A stretch of DNA of 64,000 bases from an uncultured Spirochaetota bacterium (lineage in GTDB: Bacteria > Spirochaetota > Brevinematia > Brevinematales > JAOACQ01), in contig CAWAOD010000005.1 of NCBI GenBank assembly GCA_963783575.1, forward strand, positions 416,001-480,000, in the 5' to 3' direction. Positions 61,313 to 64,000 of the stretch are shown here, one piece after another (the stretch's first letter is position 1; each line of letters opens with the position of its first letter). Position numbers and translations under genes: made by a program. Under the pieces are notes generated by a model that was given only the letters and a program-made list of their open reading frames with translations, ran no database searches and had not been told where the DNA came from.

Positions 61313-63106
61313 GGCCTTGTAGAAAAAGTTAATTTCAGGTAATAATCCTCCATTCCCAAACAGTTTGTTTTTTTTGATCTGTCTGGAATCACTTTTTTTT
61401 TATAAAACCGGGCTGAATTTACAGGCAAAACTGTTTTTATTCCATCACTATGCCATTATATACCTCCATAGACCTGAATTTTCCCGATATTGTGCACAGT
61501 ATTATATAATACCCATTGAATATTCACTTTTCCCTTTCCCCTCAGCGTAAATCGATCCATACCTTTACATGCCCTTATATTCCCGAATACAGGCTCAACT
61601 ATAGCCATTCTTTTCGCATAAAGCTTTCTGCCTTCAGGCGTATCTATGAACTTTCTCATTTCGTCCGAGTAATGTCTGTTATCCGCATTCAATGGCCTTT
61701 GCAACATCGTGTTGCTGTCGAACTAACGTTCGACGGCCTTTTTGGCTATATAGTAGCTCTTATGGAACCTCCGTGTTCCCAAGGTTGTTTGATTTTATTT
61801 TAATTCTTCAGGAAGTCTTTCCGGAATGGACAATTACGGCAGGACAATAACCGGCAGATATACTTCGCATATGTAATATGATTCACCGTATGGTTATATC
61901 TGAACCTGAGTTCCTCTCCTTTCTTGCATATATAAACATTATTTTCCGGATCATATTGAAAATCATCAATTGTATACTGCCCTTTCTTCGCAGGCTTATG
62001 TCTGTCAGCGGTTTCAAACCTGCAATCGCGCTTCCTGAAATTCGTATCCGGGATGACCGGTTTCATACCGTTTTGCGAAATATATTTCAGGTTCTTTTCG
62101 CTGAAATAATTGGTGTCCGCAGTGATTATTTTATCCTTTAAATCTTTTCCCAATTCTACTTTTGCTTTACGGATCATCCCTTTCAGGAATTCCCCCTCAG
62201 ACCCGCTCCCAAAAGCTTCGGGATATACCACAACCTGATACTTCGAATCCACTACAGAAAGTCCGTTGTAGCCCTGGATAACACCATGTGAACTCTTTAT
62301 TTTCGCACTCTCGTTGTCAGTGACATTGGACTGCTTTTCACCATGCCGTGCCTTGTCTTTGGGTTTTTCACTTTCCAGAAACTTTTCTATCTTTTCAGCT
62401 TTCTTTAAAATCTTCTCGATCCGTGCCAGATCTTTTTCCTTATCCTTCTCAGGAAAACCGCCGGCCTGATCACGCTTTTCATGTTCATCAAGCATTTCCT
62501 TAACCAGGTTTTCCAGCTTCTCTTTTTTCTTCTTCAAATCCTTAAATGTTCCGCTCCATTCCTTTGATGCATTTGACGATAGTTTGCACCCGTCCAGCGC
62601 GAACATATCCCCGCCTATGAGATTCAGTTCATCGCAAACCATCAGTATATTAAGGAATATGGTATTTATCTCATTTTTCATCGAAGAAACAAAATCGGCG
62701 ATTGAAGTAAAGTGCGGTATTGAATTGGCGGAAATGGCTTTGGCTATAATATTCGTTTTACACAAATATTCGATTTCACGTGATGTAAAAATACCGCGGG
62801 AATAGCTGTAGAGTATTATCTTCAGCATAACCCGCGGATTATAAGCCGGGGCACCGGTAGCATCGTTCTTATACTTATTCTCAAAGATTTTAAGATCAAT
62901 TCTGCTGTCAACAAGAAAACTGAGTGTATATTCAAATGTTCCCGGTATAATCTGCTCATCGAATGAGACAGGTATGAGTTCCATTTGATCGTAATTAACT
63001 TTCTTATATCTTGCCATAATTGATTTCCCCTCTTGATTTTATTTACAATATATTTTAAAGTATAACCGTTATTTTGTACATGAATGACGGACTTTTTCTA
63101 CAGGCT
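61313..63106 (-). mobile_element. IS1182-family element, array copy 2
   Basis: Same ends and length as 58567-60360; (C)AAC duplicated. Confidence 0.9.
61456..63017 (-). pseudogene. IS1182 transposase split into 405-aa and about 80-aa parts by a structured insert (about 61694-61802)
   Basis: ORFs 61800-63017 and 61456-61707 are in different frames with stops in all frames between them. Confidence 0.75.
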
Positions 63107-63107
63107 C

Positions 63108-63351
63108 AACAGCGGCTATATCGCTCCGGTGCACGAAAAAACTTTTAAAGGCGTAACGGAGAAGAAGAGAAAAGTTTTTCCTGCGCTCCTCGGGTTCGCC
63201 CGTTTTTGCTCTAAGTTAAAAGAGGAAGGAGTTCAAATTGACTATGATAATTAATAAAATAGAAGTTATTGTTTACGGGCTCACCACATTTGCAAGCCTA
63301 AGCGCGCGGGGCTTGCGCTAAGGCTTGCAAACGTCGTATAGCCGCACCGTT
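63108..63351 (+). repeat. attC-like linker 12 (type A, 244 bp)
   Basis: Type A copy. Confidence 0.85.
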
Positions 63352-63396
63352 GTACGAAATGGTGCAACGCTTTTTAATATAATTTAAGGAGTATTT

Positions 63397-63939
63397 GTGA
63401 ACAATGATCCAATGAAATCAGCTAGAGAAGATTATAAACCTACTCCATTTTACTTTTCTGAAGAAAATAATAATTTTAAAAGATATGTTGTTTATAACAA
63501 TTCATTTGAAATCATTAAACAACTATTAAAAGAAATAATAAGTTCCTATGATAATATAATAGAAATATTATTAAAAGATTCTCAAGGTTATGATGATAAA
63601 AAGGAAGAAGATATTTGGGACAGATATTATTCAGAAACCACAAAAGAAAACATTTTAAAATTACTTGAAATTCATTCAAAATATATTTTCTTTGATGGAA
63701 ATAATCAATTATGCATAAAAGATTCATCAACTGGTGATTATATTTCTTTTGATGATCATGGAATTTTATTTATTTATACTGATAAGTTTATTGATGACTT
63801 ATTATTAAAAAATGGAATAGAAAAAAAGAAAAATGAATTAATTTATGATCAAGGTCATTGGCATATAAGACCAAAAGATGCTGATGTATTAATGAATAAT
63901 TTTATTAAGGACTTACAATTAAAAAAGCTTGAAGATTAA
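63397..63939 (+). CDS. Cassette 13: hypothetical protein (paralog of cassette 3)
   Basis: AAGGAG RBS, GTG start; colinear similarity to 43759-44310. Confidence 0.8.
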   Translation: MNNDPMKSAREDYKPTPFYFSEENNNFKRYVVYNNSFEIIKQLLKEIISSYDNIIEILLKDSQGYDDKKEEDIWDRYYSETTKENILKLLEIHSKYIFFDGNNQLCIKDSSTGDYISFDDHGILFIYTDKFIDDLLLKNGIEKKKNELIYDQGHWHIRPKDADVLMNNFIKDLQLKKLED

Positions 63940-63963
63940 ACATGTTGCGCCACTTCGCACAAC

Positions 63964-64000
63964 GGCCTTGTAGAAAAAGTTAATTTCAGGTAATAATCCT
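63964..64000 (-). mobile_element. IS1182-family element, array copy 3 (truncated by window end)
   Basis: GGCCTTGTAGAAAAAGTTAATTTCAGG identical to the other copies, directly after CAAC. Confidence 0.88.

Noticed and set aside
42730..63351. CRISPR array interpretation of the repeated linkers
   Set aside because: Repeats are 150-245 bp and separated by whole genes; no cas genes present.
43759..63939. Diversity-generating retroelement template/variable pair
   Set aside because: No reverse transcriptase, and differences between the paralogs are not adenine-specific.
1..64000. tRNA or rRNA genes
   Set aside because: No cloverleaf with T-loop and acceptor stem, and no rRNA-like tract recognised by eye.

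Overview
AT-rich bacterial chromosome segment, probably a spirochaete (inferred from the gene set and the flagellar export cluster; low certainty). Bases 1-41 kb hold housekeeping and accessory genes: pcm, nadB, map, bactofilin, tdk, a Lol/Mac-type ABC operon, fliPQR-flhBAFG, leuS, a TetR/TolC/EmrAB efflux operon, signalling proteins, and IS4 and IS1182 elements. From 41.1 kb to the window end lies a non-canonical integron-like system. Its tyrosine recombinase has the IntI-type C-terminus (...SPLD) but no visible IntI-specific insertion, has an extra HARP-like N-terminus, is read toward the array, and is broken by two homopolymer frameshifts. It is followed by an attI-like site and at least 13 gene cassettes. 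Cassettes are separated by long (152-245 bp) palindromic AAC...GTT attC-like linkers. Each cassette is also bracketed by its own 18-25 bp inverted repeat with an invariant A/C mismatch at position 11 (13 of 13). An IS1182 element has inserted at the same AAC position three times, and both complete copies carry a four-hairpin non-coding interruption in the transposase. IS21 and IS630 elements also sit in the array. Product calls come from motif recognition only; no searches were run.
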